NCBI GenBank assembly: GCA_964035545.1
Contig: OZ037773.1
Location: 6,911,751 to 6,975,750 of the forward strand
DNA length: 64,000 nt
Direction of reading: 5' to 3'
DNA from: Bugula neritina
Taxonomy: Eukaryota; Animalia; Bryozoa
Position 1 is the stretch's first letter. Each line of letters starts with the position of its first letter. Positions 15,226 through 29,815 of the stretch are shown here, one piece after another. The position numbers and the translations under genes are program-made. The notes beneath the pieces are model-generated. The model was not told the DNA's origin. It saw only the letters and a program-made list of their open reading frames with translations, and did not search any database.

Positions 15226-18200
15226 ACTGAGAAATTTCCAACTACAATAATATTATTAAAAAGTGGTGCTTTTGATTCATAATTAATAGAATTTTTATGG
15301 TGATAAATACAGATTGCTAGTATACTTGTTTTACCAGCTTTTTTTCTTGGAGTTTTTCAGAAAAATATTGTTTTTACAAAGAATGCTATATGCTCACAGA
15401 ACTACATGGAAATATTTTAGAAAGAATGTGTCAAGTATGAATATTTTAAATGATAATGAAGACTGAAATGTTTGTACCAAAAGCCAAAGACGTAAAAACA
15501 AAGCATGTCATAGCCTTCGAGAAGCCAATCAAATGATAAAACATGACTCTTATTATTCATTGTCTAGAATTCAAATGGAATTTTTTACACAAGAGATGTG
15601 CAATTTCAGTGACAAGGTGTTTTTATTGAAGTTTGTAAATTACAGCTGATGCTGATTTAAAATTAATTTTTTGCTCATAAATCTTTGCTGTGGGCAATTT
15701 TTTGATGACGTTAATAGGAGAACCCACAACTGATCTTTACAATGACTTAAAATACGTCATTTATTATATTTGGTAGGTGAAGTCATTTAAACCAGTACAT
15801 TGTCTATAGTTAAGTGTTACTTGGTGTGCAATCTAGTAATCTCTTGCACTTGAAACTATGTCACAGATATTTATTCTGTCAATGAAAATAATGGCAAATA
15901 AAATAACATAATATTATTATTTTTATTCACCAATTTTATAGGTGTAACTAACTTATGGCATCCTATATGAAAATAGGCAAATCATATATGCAAATACTAA
16001 ACAAATTATTATTATTCTTTTGTTTGTCAAACAATTTCAGGCTTGGTTATTGTGTCTTTTTATAAGACATCCAGATTTATAAGTCAGTGCTTGCATTCAT
16101 CTAAGCAGAGAATCTAAGCGTGGTCAGTGTGATGGACATCCTTTCAATTCTGTTAAATTGTTATGATGAGGCATTTGGGAATAAAGCCAATTTATGAATT
16201 GCGCTTTAAACAAAAAACGGAATTATTACTAAAAATTATTTTGTTTTGCAATGACTATGCAGTAAATTGAACATTCTGGTGACAGCAGTGGAATTAACTT
16301 ATGTTAAATAAAATTCCGTTCTGCTTATAGATACAAACAAACTTAACTGAAGAAAATCCTGGTGAGTGTAAGCCAAGATCAGCTGATGACAACTACCATC
16401 TCAAAATCAACAGTATTCAGCTATCTAACTCCTTGGTTTTATCTTAGCCAATCAGCTGTCATTCTCAGAATATGTATACGAGGTTGTCATTTGTTGAAGC
16501 TTTTTAAAGCTTAAAGCTAAAAAGTAGAGCTTAAAAGCTTAAAAGCTCTACAGTATTGTGAAGAAGCTGAAAGAGAATGAAGACTAGTGGAAGTGTATGC
16601 AAATATGTTACATGGCTCATATATCATCATTGATGATGTATGCAGCAATTATTCATTAAATACATCATGCCATTCACTCCTTTCCTAAATAATACAGGAA
16701 TACTATGGAAGAGTTAACAATGACAAAACTCATCCATAAGGCTCAATATACTCATAACGTGCAATAGAAATTGCCCCTTTGAAATCTATGCCGCGTGCCA
16801 ATGTGCTGTACTAAAATAAATGTAAACAGCTTTTTGGTTAGGTATGCTATATAATCTATGGTAAGACTATTTTTAGATTTAAAAAGCTTTTTTTCACTAC
16901 AGTACACCTACTATAGCAAGAACTAGGAATTATGGTTTATGAGAGAGATAAAAATAAATTTAAATGGCCTGCAAATTGTTGATTATAGCAACATTAATAA
17001 TAATGCTTAAACTGAAATGCTATTTATAGACGCAACTATACAGTCCTACTAAAAATTAAATACCCAGTTACCAGTTGCATTAATTCAAAATAATCTAACT
17101 TCTTGAAAATATCTTTTTATGTGTAATAGGATTTAAGTCTTGATGGCAATAATTTTTTTAAACATGTGAAATGAAAATTAAATTACTGCAAGTATTTTTG
17201 AAATAAGCCACATGTACGGTAACAGAGTGCATAATATATAATTGCAAATATATTGTATCCTGATTGAGTAAGGCAAATGCAATTTAAGACAGTTGCAAAA
17301 TACTGACAATAATGCCATTATTTGAAATGATTTACTCAATTACATAACTCAACAGCTAAGCGATTAGAATCATTACTAAACCTTTTACTGGTTTGCTATT
17401 AGAATTTGCATAGAGGTGTGAAATTTGTTCCCCTATATAAAAAAGTCAAACAAATAAAAGTTTAAAGAAAGTTTTAAAGTGCAAAATATAGCATAAAAAC
17501 GTCGATTAGCACTTATGGCTATTTTTAAAGCTTTTAAAACTGAATCAGTTTTAAAAGTTTTGCTAACAATTAGTAGACATGCAAAACTGCCAATTTTTTT
17601 ATTTTCAAAAAAATTTCTTAGAGCTGGCCCACTGCCATCATTAGTTTATTTGCAAAGTTTTGACACTCTGTTACAGTTGTGATGTGCTCTGACACTCAGC
17701 TACAGGTGTGACGTGGCAAATATAATTATTTACAGTTAAGGTGAACTCAAACTGACACACACTGTGCACCATGATAATGGTATCCTTTAAAGTTGATTAA
17801 AAACACAGTTATATAATAAAAGCAATGCTTGGCTAGACTTAACATTATTGCAAAACTTAATTTATTCATCTGTCAATGTTGTGAAATTTCACTTTCCATC
17901 CTGGATAAAACAGTATGTCAATTAATAAAATAAAATATCACATAATATTTCTTGACCACTACTTTCTCATATCATTGTTTTTCTTGCTGACGTATTATTG
18001 GTTAGTTAGTTGTTGAAATTAAGCTTTTTATTCAGTAAAAATATGAAATGAAATATCTAAAAGACTGAACCTAAATATTTGTTTAAAAACTATAACTAGT
18101 TGAATGATGGATTTTGTTCGATTTCAATAACATGTTTTTGAAAATGTTCTAACAATTATTAGTGCCAAACTATTGTCATGCTGAAGCATGCAGGACTTCG

Positions 18201-19448
18201 AATCACTTGCTACAACTGTTTCAATATATTATATTTTAAAGTTAAATTTGGAAGTAGATTTCAAAACCTTATGTTTTTAACATAAAGGCTTTCAATGAGA
18301 AATAGTATTTGCATACTAAATAAAAATATACAAATCAAAAACTATAAGAAGAAAAAATAATAATTTATACAATAGACGAATAAAGTGTGCAATTTCTGCA
18401 TTGTATTGAAGTTTCAAACTATTTTTGATACTGTAAGTTTAAATCATTTTATTGATGCCTCTTGATCAAATGTCTTATAAAGTTAAAATAACTGCATTTG
18501 CATATACTCGTAATTTTAAAACTATTTTTGAAGAAATAAATTTAGACTTGGAAAAAATGCTCAATTGTCCTTACTTAAACAACTTAGTTGCTTAGTTTTA
18601 CATAATTTACTTTTTTCTTATTCATTTTTAATGAAGCAAAAGTGAAGTCAGTTTGAAGAAGTTGAAAACAATAAATTTTTTAGACATTTTTTTCATTTGC
18701 AACAACTAATTTTGTTTTGTAATAATTTTTATTATAAATATTTTATTATGTTAGATGCTTTGATTCCAATTTATATATATTCAATGTTTTATATTGTATT
18801 GTTTTTGTTATATTATTATAGATACTAAGCATACAAAACATTAAACAACAACAAACGCTGTCACATATTTTAAACATTAGACTTGATTAATAAAATGAAA
18901 GTTGTAGGCTAATTCAATCTGCACATCATGGCAAATAATTTTGCATTCAACTTTATATGATTGCCAAGCAATCAGATTTCAAAATCTTATACTTTAATGA
19001 GATTGGTCAATATTGCTATAATCAAATCCCTAAGTTTATTATTCTGAGTTTAGATTAACATAATATAACATTTAATGTTGCCTAATTCTAACTTCAGTAA
19101 GTTACATGTTGATACTAATTAGAGGCATTATTGATTATTTGCTAAAAAAACTAAAATTTTAGCACTTTGACATAAATCAATACTGAATCAAGCATAGTGA
19201 AAACTTTTCTGTATGACGTAATTATTTTATGATCCATCCTTTAAAGTTATTTCTAATTTGATTAGCAGACGTGAAGCAGAACCTTCGTGCAAAAACCGCT
19301 TTGCAAAAATATATATTTGATGAAATAAGATATTTTATTTAGAGCTGCTTGTATTGGAGAGAGGAGATTTGTAACTTGGTACAAAATATTATCTGCAAAT
19401 GTTATATAGCTACGATGAGCTTCAAAATTTTTTCAGACGTTACTATGC

Positions 19449-19490
<42 letters not shown>

Positions 19491-19575
19491 GTGCGTGCGT
19501 GCGCATGCGTGCGTGCGTACGTGCGTACGTGCGTGCGTGCGTGCGCATGCGTGTGCGTGCGTGCATGCGTGTGTG

Positions 19576-19607
<32 letters not shown>

Positions 19608-19659
19608 TGCGTGCGCATGCGTGTGCGTGCGTGCATGCGCGCGTGTGTGTGTGTGTGTG
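19449..19659. repeat. Compound (AT)/(GT)/(GCGT) microsatellite
   Basis: Direct reading; alternating purine-pyrimidine tract. Confidence 0.97.
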
Positions 19660-20194
19660 AGGCCTGATATAAACAACTAGCATAACAATTATCATATGAA
19701 TTAATAGTTCCTAATACTTTTAATTTTCTAATTTTAGCCGCAATTAGAAGTGCACAGAATCTATAGCCACGTTAGAATTTGCAAAAAAAAAGATTTTTAA
19801 AATATTTTCATAAAACAAAACATGATGATTTAAATTCTTTGTCTAAAAACATGACTTTAAATATAACTTACCTGTAATGTTTTAGTTGAGAGCATAAATT
19901 TAATGGTAAAATTTATTCTTGACCTCAGTTGAAATTCACAACTTGTATTATGCATTTGATATTGTCTGCTCAATAACCATGCATCAACAAACATAATAAT
20001 AATGCTGGTGCAATGACCATAACATAATTGTATTGTATATCTATGATTAATTATCCCAGTGTCTAGTATAAGTAATAATGCAGCCAGTCTCCCCAGCATA
20101 TGCTGATAAAATCGGTTAAGTGTTGAAGATGGCAAGAGTTAATATTAGCCTTAGAGCAGCCTAGTGTTAGGTTTATAGACTACCCTGCGGTCAG

Positions 20195-20350
20195 ATCTTA
20201 TATAAGCTGGGTGATTGCTTTGATTTTGTAGGTGTACACATGCTAGTTGTTAATACATATAAAAGGATGGCTTACTCAAGCTTATGCAGTTTAAGCTTCT
20301 TGTTACTGAAGAATATTGGTGCAAAATATACTATCCTCATAAAACAAGGT
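20195..20350 (+). promoter_or_regulatory. Putative TATA box and non-coding first exon of paralogue A
   Basis: TATATAAG at ~20199 and AAG|GTAATT donor at ~20348; the ATG at 21148 directly follows a polypyrimidine-AG acceptor, so a 5' UTR intron is implied. Paralogue B has the same layout (TATATAAG at ~37013-37020 on minus, GTGAGT donor ~36957). Confidence 0.4.
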
Positions 20351-21147
20351 AATTAAGCTGAATCTATTTGCTATAATTTTACATATCTAAAAATATTTCT
20401 TAATTTCATGTTTCTCTCATATTTTACAGCGACCAGGAATTTAAAAAAACTGCACATACATATACTTGAATTATCTAGTTGAAATCATTCAGTAGTTACT
20501 ATGGTTGCAACAACTGATAAAACTAATAACTCTTGTTTAATATTTTCAAGAACTGCTAAAGTAAAATTGGAAGACAACATGGCTTATTTTGCAAAATCTT
20601 TAAAGAATTTTTTTCAAGCTAGTGGAATATCCATATATATTTTCAATAAGTACTTTATACTAAATTATATCTGAATATGTTATATACAACTTTCTTATAT
20701 ATATATACAGTGCAAATGCATATATATAATTGTATTATTAACTGTACATGTTTATCATGATAACATAACAGCTTGTAACTATAATACTTGAATAACTCAG
20801 TAACAATAACATGATTATCATTCTATATATAAATAACAATTTTCTCTATTTTTACAAAAACTTGCTTATAGAAAGCATAATTTTCATTTTCAGGCTATGT
20901 TTTATCTCACTAAACTTACAATGTTTAGTTTTTAAATTCATTCAGTTGCCCACTATTTGCATACTACTTTATTAGGTTTCAAGTACTTTATTAGAAGTTG
21001 TAATTTGGTATACCTACAAACAACATAGGTTTTATTTAGATCAAAAGTCCATAAATATTTATTTTACACACAAACAACATACAAAGAATAAATAAATAAA
21101 TACTTGTCTTCTATCAAAAAAGCATTTATTTACTTGTTTCTTTTAGA

Positions 21148-24100
21148 ATGAAGTCTACAACCATTATCACCCTTGTCTTCACACTTCAGTTAATTACATT
21201 CTCAAATTCCCTGTACACGAGCTACACCCCGCAGTCTCCTGAAAATATTCACATGTTTCTGTTTGGAGATGGCAGTGTTGAGACTTCTGACTCCAGCGAC
21301 CTCTACGCCAATAACGCTTTAGATGGTAGACACTTTCTGTTGAATGAAATGAATTTTACGTTAGAGGAAATTGAAACACAAAGAAGGGTAAGCAAATAAT
21401 ACTTTCAGGTGTTTCATTTATAGCAATTCATATTCTAGGCTTTTTCAAAATATGTTTGTGTATTGACAAATTCAATGACTGTGTTTAGATCTTTAAAAAT
21501 AACTAATCTCTATAAATATTACGCCTTGCACTGATGGATGCTATATACCTATACTGTTGATGTGCTTAGAATGAGTAAACAATGGTTAGAAATATGCTGA
21601 AATTTATTTTGATCTTCTGTAGCTTGCTCTATCATTTTGGCTGGAAGAGTTTGGTGTAGATGGAGAAGCACTGGAACAAAGAGGAGCAGCTGTAGTAAAG
21701 GAGTATCAAATAAGTCCTCAAGTAAATGAGAAAGCCTATTTGATAAGTAAAGGGTGCCACTTTCATGCAAATGGTATGTACGATATATCTTTTTACTAGT
21801 AGCTGATATAAATTAAAATATAGATAAGATGTTTTATAAGTTCTACTGAAACTTTTGCATGAATTAATAATACTTTACTGGAGTGATTAATTGAATATCT
21901 AAAAACAATAATAAAAATATTCGATATTGCAACGTTATACGTGCCATTTTGTTTCAAAAATATATTGCAAGCTTAAATCAGGTTTCATTTTTATCACTTT
22001 ATGCTAAAAAGCTCAATCCTCTTCTTGCGCCTAGAATCTTAATTTTCAGTGTCTTTAGTTAGCTACAAAATCTTATTATACAAAAATCAAATTCAACAAC
22101 AAAATCTTGTCTTTACCTTTTGACAGCGTAACATTGCAGCGTGTTTATAATGTTTTGTGCGGATATTCAGGTCTGCAAATAATTTATGCCACCTTCAATA
22201 TCTTTGAAATAAAAACCTTGAATCTATTTTATATAAATTTGATTAAAGGTTTCCTATTGTATTACGTACTGCAGCATGAAGTATCTTATTCAAAGTTGAT
22301 TAGCTGTAGGTTGAGTTATTTGTTACGCAATAGCATAGAATAAATAAGTACAGTTCATAGACCATCAGAGTCCATAATAATCATAGCAAATCATCCTGTT
22401 CATCTAAGTGTCTACTTTTAGTGATCTATATAGTATATAGTTAATGCTATGACAAGCTAGCTTCTATACAAAACTACTGAAAACTCCAAAGCATGTTATA
22501 AAAGTTACCAATACTATCAAGGCTTTTCTGCAACTCCTAATTAACTAAATATATTAAGAAAAACACGTATAAAAAATCAAGCAAAATTAAAAAGAACTTT
22601 GATTATTTAGTTGTATACGTTTTAAATTTTATTAGTTTTTGGCAAAAAACCATATTATATACATTAGCAGCTAAATTGTGAAAAATAGCTAAAAACTGGA
22701 GATTTCAAGTTTGCACTAAATTAAGTAAAATGACTCATTTAAAGTGTTAATAACCAACACTTAGAATTCTAAATATTTTTTTGATTAATTATTAAAATGC
22801 AATGACATAATATAATACACTAAAAAAAGAATAATTTTATTGTTATTTGAATTATAATATCATGTCAGAAAAGTACCCTATACTTTTTGATTTGTTTGTT
22901 TCAAATATATTTGTTTACCTACTGCATTTCAGGAAATATTTTTCTACAACATAAAACAAAGCTGTATAGTGGTAGGAACATGTCACATGGAGCACCATAA
23001 AGCAAAAAAACTTTTTGCTAAACTAAACCTGCATATTTTTTTACTACTAGACCAACACACTTTCTTTCTGTCGTTGATGCGTATAAGTTGTGATTTTATT
23101 GACACCAGGACTTTCCTAAACCTGCAGCAAATATCTAAATAAACTTTTTAATGAGAAAACAATTGTTTCAGACACAAATTTTATGCAAACTAGAAAAAAC
23201 ATCCTTTTTTTGTAATTTTAAGCAATACATTAGAATGAATCAGCAGTCTATTCTATATGCAGCTGTACTAGAACTTGTTGTCTGTATGCAACTGAATAAT
23301 AATGTAATGTAGAAGCCTCACATTCTAGTGTATAATGCCATATACATATTACTTATATTATATCTACTATACTTTCACTGTAGATTATCTGGTAATAGAT
23401 GGAGGATTCCAACTGCTTATTACAGCTCCAGAAGGAGTAGAAGGTCGTGACCCTAAAACCAATCAGAATATAACTTTACCCTCCTTTACTAATCTTGTAT
23501 TCTCTTGGCTTAAGATAGAAGGCTGTCTGGAAGAAGACATAGTATTACCATATAAGGTCGGTCATTCCAACCAATCAGTAGTTTATGTCAACTAGAAATT
23601 ATTTTCTTGAGCTTTTGTAAAGACAGAAAACTCAATAAGTTTCCATCTTTTAATAGTTTCAATAAATTTTCTTAAAGGCTTAGGTACTCCCAGACAGATG
23701 TATAAACTCGCCTTTTGTGATGTGACAGCACATTTACCTGTAAATTGTTTTGTGTTGATTGAAAATAATGGGATTTAGTGCTTAAAGCTCTGAATTTAGT
23801 ATTTCTAGAAACTATTATAGTTATATATAAATAGTTGACACAACATTACTTATTATTGCTACCAGCACTTAGCAAGCATGGTACCATATAGTACTTACAT
23901 GCCATATATTCTATTCATATTACATTACATAATATAATATTATATTACATTACATAATATATATTATATTACATTACATAATATATATTATATTACGTTA
24001 CATAATATATATTATATTGCATTACATAATATACATTATATTACATTACATAATATACATTATATTACATTACATAATACATATTATATTGCATTACATA

Positions 24101-24417
24101 ATATATATTATATTACATTACATAATATATATTATATTGCATTTCATGATATATATTATATTACATTACATAATATATATTATATTACATTACATAATAT
24201 ATATTATATTATATTACATAATATAATATTCTAGAGTGCCTCTATCATCAGACTCACCTACACAGCAGCCTTCTTTGAGTTGAACATAACCAGCCACCCT
24301 CAAAACCCGTACGGAGAAGGGCAGTCACTCGGTCTAAATGCTCCAGTCATAGCTAACAACACAATCCACAATCGTCTGATTAATTACATCACTTTCTACA
24401 ACTATACAAGCATTTAG
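21148..24417 (+). CDS. Uncharacterised signal-peptide protein, paralogue A (~248 aa, 4 coding exons)
   Basis: Exons 21148-21387, 21623-21773, 23384-23556, 24235-24417 splice in frame to TAG. AATAAA at ~24437. Signal-like N-terminus MKSTTIITLVFTLQLITFSNS. Clear similarity and matching intron positions/phases with the minus-strand paralogue. Confidence 0.88.
23917..24228. repeat. 24-bp minisatellite (ATTATATTACATTACATAATATAT) ending at the exon 4 acceptor of paralogue A
   Basis: About 13 units read directly. Confidence 0.93.
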
Positions 24418-25040
24418 CTAAATATTGGACCCATTAAATAAAATGCAGACTCATTGTGCGTGTTAATTATATCATATTAATCTTCAAAAGTACAATGCTA
24501 TAATTTGCTTGGATTTTTAATACAAAGCTAGTTTTTCGCACAAATAATTAATAGCATACTCGTATATTAGCTTATATTTAGTGGCCAGTATTCAGTTCAA
24601 CATAATCATCAAATAACATATTAGTAAGATTGTAATATTTTATCTGTGAGTTAAATTTCTATAATTATACTGTTATTAAAGCTTATTAAAAGTATTTTCA
24701 TTTATAATATCTTGCACATAAGTTAAAGATTTATACCTTATTTGAAAGATGTATTAATTAATTAATAATTAATTATTTTATCCCATGTGGTTTGATATTC
24801 ATGTATCTTATATGAAACCCAAATAAAACTTAAAGAACAGAAAAGATAACATGATTATTATAGTAATTCAATAAGCAACTGTACAACTATACAAGTGCTA
24901 TGCTTCAACATTCTGAGGCTTTAGCATAATAAAATTATACACTAATCATCTAACATACACATTGCTTTGTTGTTGCTTGGATAGCAAGACAACTTGGCCT
25001 AGAGTTTCACAACGGCCTAGGTTTACAATATGCCTTACTG

Positions 25041-25367
25041 CAGGGCTGTCCAACAGTCAACACCAGGGCCTGATGTAGCTCCTAGCTTACATTTATATGG
25101 CTCTTATATAAAGGCATAAAACGAATTTTTTTTTACATATATGCATGAATTAGAGGAAAAATCATATTTTAAATGTCTTGTTTATACACATGCTACAACA
25201 CATGCATCCTGGAGTAACAATATTAGGACTTTGAAATTTGAAATAAAGTAATTTGAGCAATGCTAATGCTTTGGCCCGCCAAAGCCATCTAAAGTTTTCA
25301 ATGTGGCCCTCGCCACTGAATATATTCCATTTCAGCGGTCCTCGCTCTGAAAAGTTGGATATCCTTG
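25041..25367. mobile_element. Non-autonomous hAT-type DNA transposon with 8-bp target-site duplication
   Basis: Ends CAGGGCTGTCCAAC / GTTGGATATCCTTG; identical flanks CCTTACTG at 25033-25040 and 25368-25375; internal TGGCCC-type motifs. Confidence 0.85.
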
Positions 25368-26717
25368 CCTTACTGCATGCCAAAATCTCTGCTGTAATGT
25401 TTTGATGTCATAGAACACATAATGCATAATATATCATCGGATTACAAATGTTTAGAGGTTACTTGAAAAGACCATAACAAAAACAACACTTTGCAAAAGT
25501 TATAACAGAGGTGGATAGAATTGATAATCAACATATAAATTTTGAATATCATCATTAACAAAAGGCGCTGCATGGTTTTTGTTATTAGAATAAGATAGTT
25601 CTTGTGAATAGCATGTTAAACACATTTCTGATTGCCAGTTTATTATACACTTCCAGCGTCTGTCATGCTATACTATAATATAATGTAATATACAGGCATG
25701 TTGCATGATATTATGTAACATGCCTGTATAACCCATGTTCTCTGCCCTAAATTTGTGGTGATTGTCCCAATTAATATTCTGTGTATAGACTTTAGACATA
25801 CACTTTATACATTCTGCTTGTAATCAGCTTGATGGTTAGCAGCAACAGATTCTAAACTTATGATTTTAATAATTATAATTGTATTAAAAGGAACCTTATT
25901 AGTTGACTGGTAATGGAACTTATATATATTTAGATGCAGAGCTGGTTTTCGGAGACTTGATTGAAGTGGAGCTGCAACATAACATTTAATAGAGAGATTA
26001 GGGTAGACTAAGTTCTTTAATTTTTTTCATAGATCTCCTTTTAGGGTGAGAATTGAAGTTTTCAAGAAAATATAACTTTTTCTACATTTTTGATTTGGTT
26101 CACAGGCTTTTCCTAAGTTTTCCATATTGCTGCACCTACCAGCAAACAGTTGAAAAAAGCCAGGATATCAACACGTGTAAACAGACGTTTTTCAAAGTCT
26201 TCAGTTACACTGGAATTATCTGCACAATGAATAGGGTCATCTAGCCATAAACTATCAGAAATTTATCTGTTGTCAATTATAAATAGGTCAAAGTTATACC
26301 TATAGAGGCTGTCCAAGCAATAAGCTGCCACTTGGAAATGAGAAGCCATCAACTGGTAAGATTTTGGAGTTGCTTTACCTTGTCCCACAAAAAGTTCATT
26401 GACTCTGGTTGCTCTTTAACATTCTTGTAAACTCAACTTCAGTTATACAACTTAGTCTGACAGTCATAGCTAATCTGTTTTGAATTAGTATTAGTGAGGT
26501 ACGTCTTGCACATTCTTCCCATATCACTTATCAGCTATATAGAGTTAAAATGACATTGATGATCATTTATGATTATGAGGTATGACAACTTCAAAATATA
26601 TCCTAGTTGTATGATTGTTTGGAATAGATTTGATGAAAGTTAGCTTTTAACATTCAAAATATACATTAATGCACGGCTGTAGTATGATTTAGAAAAACCA
26701 CTAACCTAAAGCTCATT

Positions 26718-26887
26718 TAGAAGCAGTAGAGGAGAGAAATTGAGATATCCTAAATTCTTTTAATTTTTTATTAAATTTTGGTCTGGGGCCCGGTTTGAAA
26801 TTCTTACGAGAATATAACTTCTCTTGCTACATTTTTAATCTAGAACACAGGCTTTTCTCAATTTCTCCATTACTGCACCTACCTCCT
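26718..26887. mobile_element. MITE-like repeat family 1, copy 2
   Basis: Aligns end to end with 8215-8378 (AAATTGAGATA.CCTAA...CTAGAACACAGGCTTTTCTCAATTTCTC...CACCTACCTCC). Confidence 0.75.
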
Positions 26888-27409
26888 AAAGCTACTGATT
26901 CCTTCCAGAAGTAGGAAATAAAAGTGTAGACACAAGTAATAGTTGTGCATGTATCAAACTATTCACATGCACAATATATTCATTGCATAATCATGCCAAT
27001 GAATACAAGCAATATCCAGTTTTAAGTACAGTCAAATGACATTTCAATAATACTGTGTTGAGAAGACAATGACTAACATTTTACTTAGCAGCAAGAATTG
27101 GATAGTATTAATTATTAATATACAAAAATGGCAATAACTATGAGAAGAAAACTTCAACTCTAATTTATAAATATATATTATAATAATATCAAAATATACT
27201 TTTAGATAAAAAAGTCTTTACTTCAAGTAATTATCTAAAACTGTATACAGTGAAAATAGTATAGCAAACTACTACACAGAAGAAGAAAAACTAAAATAAT
27301 ATTATATTCAATAACATTTGTTTGTATGCATCGCGTATTGATAAAGAATATTTTGGCCCTACTTACAGTCTTATTTATAATGATTATATTGAATAGATAA
27401 TAACAAAAG

Positions 27410-27600
27410 GGGAACAGCCGTGGTCCAAGGGTTAGAGCACTGGTTAAGTAAACCCCAGGTCATGGGTTCGATCCCCAGTAAAGGTCATTAGTTCGATGTT
27501 AGGATGAGCATCCAGTCATAGTCCATAGTTGCTCTTGTGCCTCATTTAAATAAGTCCTTATCCCACTTTAAAAAAGCTCTTCTCACAAGGAGGGGGCTTC
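27410..27600 (+). mobile_element. tRNA-derived SINE family 2
   Basis: A box (TGGTCCAAGGG), B box (GGTTCGATCCC), then body GATGTTAGGATGAGCATCCAGTCATA...CTTGTGCCTCAT; homologous copy on minus strand at ~41728-41932. Confidence 0.8.
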
Positions 27601-29815
27601 ACAGAGATAGTGACCATAAAAATATGTATACAACAATGCTGATTTGAAAATATTGTGTATTGCATTAAATGGAATACTATCCTTGAAATAAGGACATCTC
27701 TTTAGTCAAGCCATGATTTGATCTAAGTGTTGAAATTAATCAAATTTAATTAAAAAATGAAATGTAATTACTATTCAAAAGTAGTTGTGCCTGTTGGGTA
27801 TTTAATTTCTTTCTATTCAATTATTTTATTGAATGGCTTTTATTAACATTTGACCTTAAATCTTTTGTTGCACTACTACCAATGTAAAACTGCAACATAA
27901 ATATCTTAATGGAGAACACATTGTTTTTGTATATTTTTAGATAAAGAATTGTCATGAATTTTGCAATATATATTAGGATTTCACCTTCAACTAAATGATT
28001 ATAGAAGGATCGACTAAGATCTTTAAAAGTTTCAATTAAAAATTAGCTGAATATAGTTAAAAATGTTCTCCATATGTTATTAATTTCTCCTATTATTTGA
28101 ACCCAAATATTTTTAAGGAATACAGTAATTTATTATAAGATAACTTCTTTCAGAAGTTAATCTCTTCCCCCCTCCCCCTCTCCCTCCCTCTCCCCCTCCT
28201 CCCCCTCCCCCTCTATTTTTCAGTCTCATAAAATTCATGCTTCATTGCAGAGACTTTGCTGTAGTCATTCAACCAGAGATTTTTCAAAGTAATCAAAAAA
28301 GTTTTCAGTAAAAGTATAGTTACAAGTTTTTTTGCAAAATGATCTTAATAGTCACTTTTATAAAAGCAAACCATTCATTAAAAATACAACAGCATTCAAT
28401 TTTCTATTTTAATAGTCTCGGTTTACTTATAAAATCATTCACAGACTTATAGCAAAATTTGATCAACTTAGTTACTAAAAATGTGCTTTCAACTATCAGA
28501 CTCTACATACTTAGCAAAATTATTTTTTATTGAATGCAATAAATTATAGGCAGGAAGAATGGGACTCGGTTAATTTAAATTAATTTTATGTAATACATCT
28601 CAGCTGGCTCTTTGTTTTTGCAGGGTAGTGATTTCCCAATACCCCCATAGTGTAATGGTTAGAAAGCTGGCTTGCAAGTCGGAAGTCTGAGGTCCAATTA
28701 TGTTGCAGTTTTTTACATCTCACTGTTGCTGAAATAGCATTTGAAGTCCAGTTTGAAATTTGCACTAAAGAAAGGCTGCTAAAAATACCTGAATGCTGTT
28801 TTTTAGGAAAAACAAGACTGTTATTTCTTAGAAATACTTCAGCCATTAATATAGCATCTGTTTTTTCTTTTGGTAATACAGCAGTACTTCTTAAAAATAT
28901 TCATCAGCAATAGTTTGCAGGAGTTGTTTTTGTAAAATTTTATGCCTTTGCTAATTGCTACCAGTCTATGTTAGTGCACATGTTCTTAGCCGTGAAAATA
29001 ATTTGATTCAAACTTCTTGGAACAGTAGAATTTTGCAGACAGATGTTAGCATGGCATTTAGACTACGTCCTACTTATTCAACTGTGTTGCCCTCTTTAAA
29101 CTGTATAGGATTGCACATTGCTGCCATAATTAAATATAGGTTTTCTGTAGCAAGAACTAAGAGTATTTGATGACCTAGCCTAGATATTCCCCTGGCCTAT
29201 TTTAAGGCTATGCTCAACCTGAGAGTAATTAGTCTATATCGGATGTAAGAGAAACAATCTAAAGGCAGTTTTACTTTCTAAACTTCAGTGCATTTTCAGT
29301 GCATTTCCATTGCAAAATCAAGTTTTCGAAACACAGTTGTTTAATGCATAACACACTTCTTTTAATAATATGCATTGTTTTGTCACCAGAACTCTATTAA
29401 AAATAATTTAGTGAGGTTGAAAGTTGCAAAGTATTATAAATATATTCAAACGTAGCTGAGTTATAAAATAATATTTATTTCAAAACATAGTTTGATATAA
29501 GTACAATAAATTTGTGGTTGGTCAGACTTAGTAAATAGCACCAATTTGTGGTTTTACAAAACCAAGTTATCTTCAATTTAATCTCGTAATCTTTAATAGT
29601 AACAACTCTTCAATGGTCTTTTCTTTTAAAAAGACAAGCAAGTGAGTATATAGTCATCTTAAAGTAGACTAATTACGGTCAGTGTAAATAAAATACAAAG
29701 GATTTTGAAAGTAATAATTGAGAACAAAACAAAACAAAGCCTCTAGTGCTTTATGCAAGGATTAGCCAATGTACCAAAGCTAACAATGGCTGTTTACTAA
29801 CTATAATTATCATAA

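Noticed and set aside
19349-19695. Several 67-103 aa ORFs (CVCV/HTHT) on both strands; similar ones at 13068-13261, 24017-24226, 42504-42813, 63221-63451
   Set aside because: Translations of micro- and minisatellites, with no splice or homology support.
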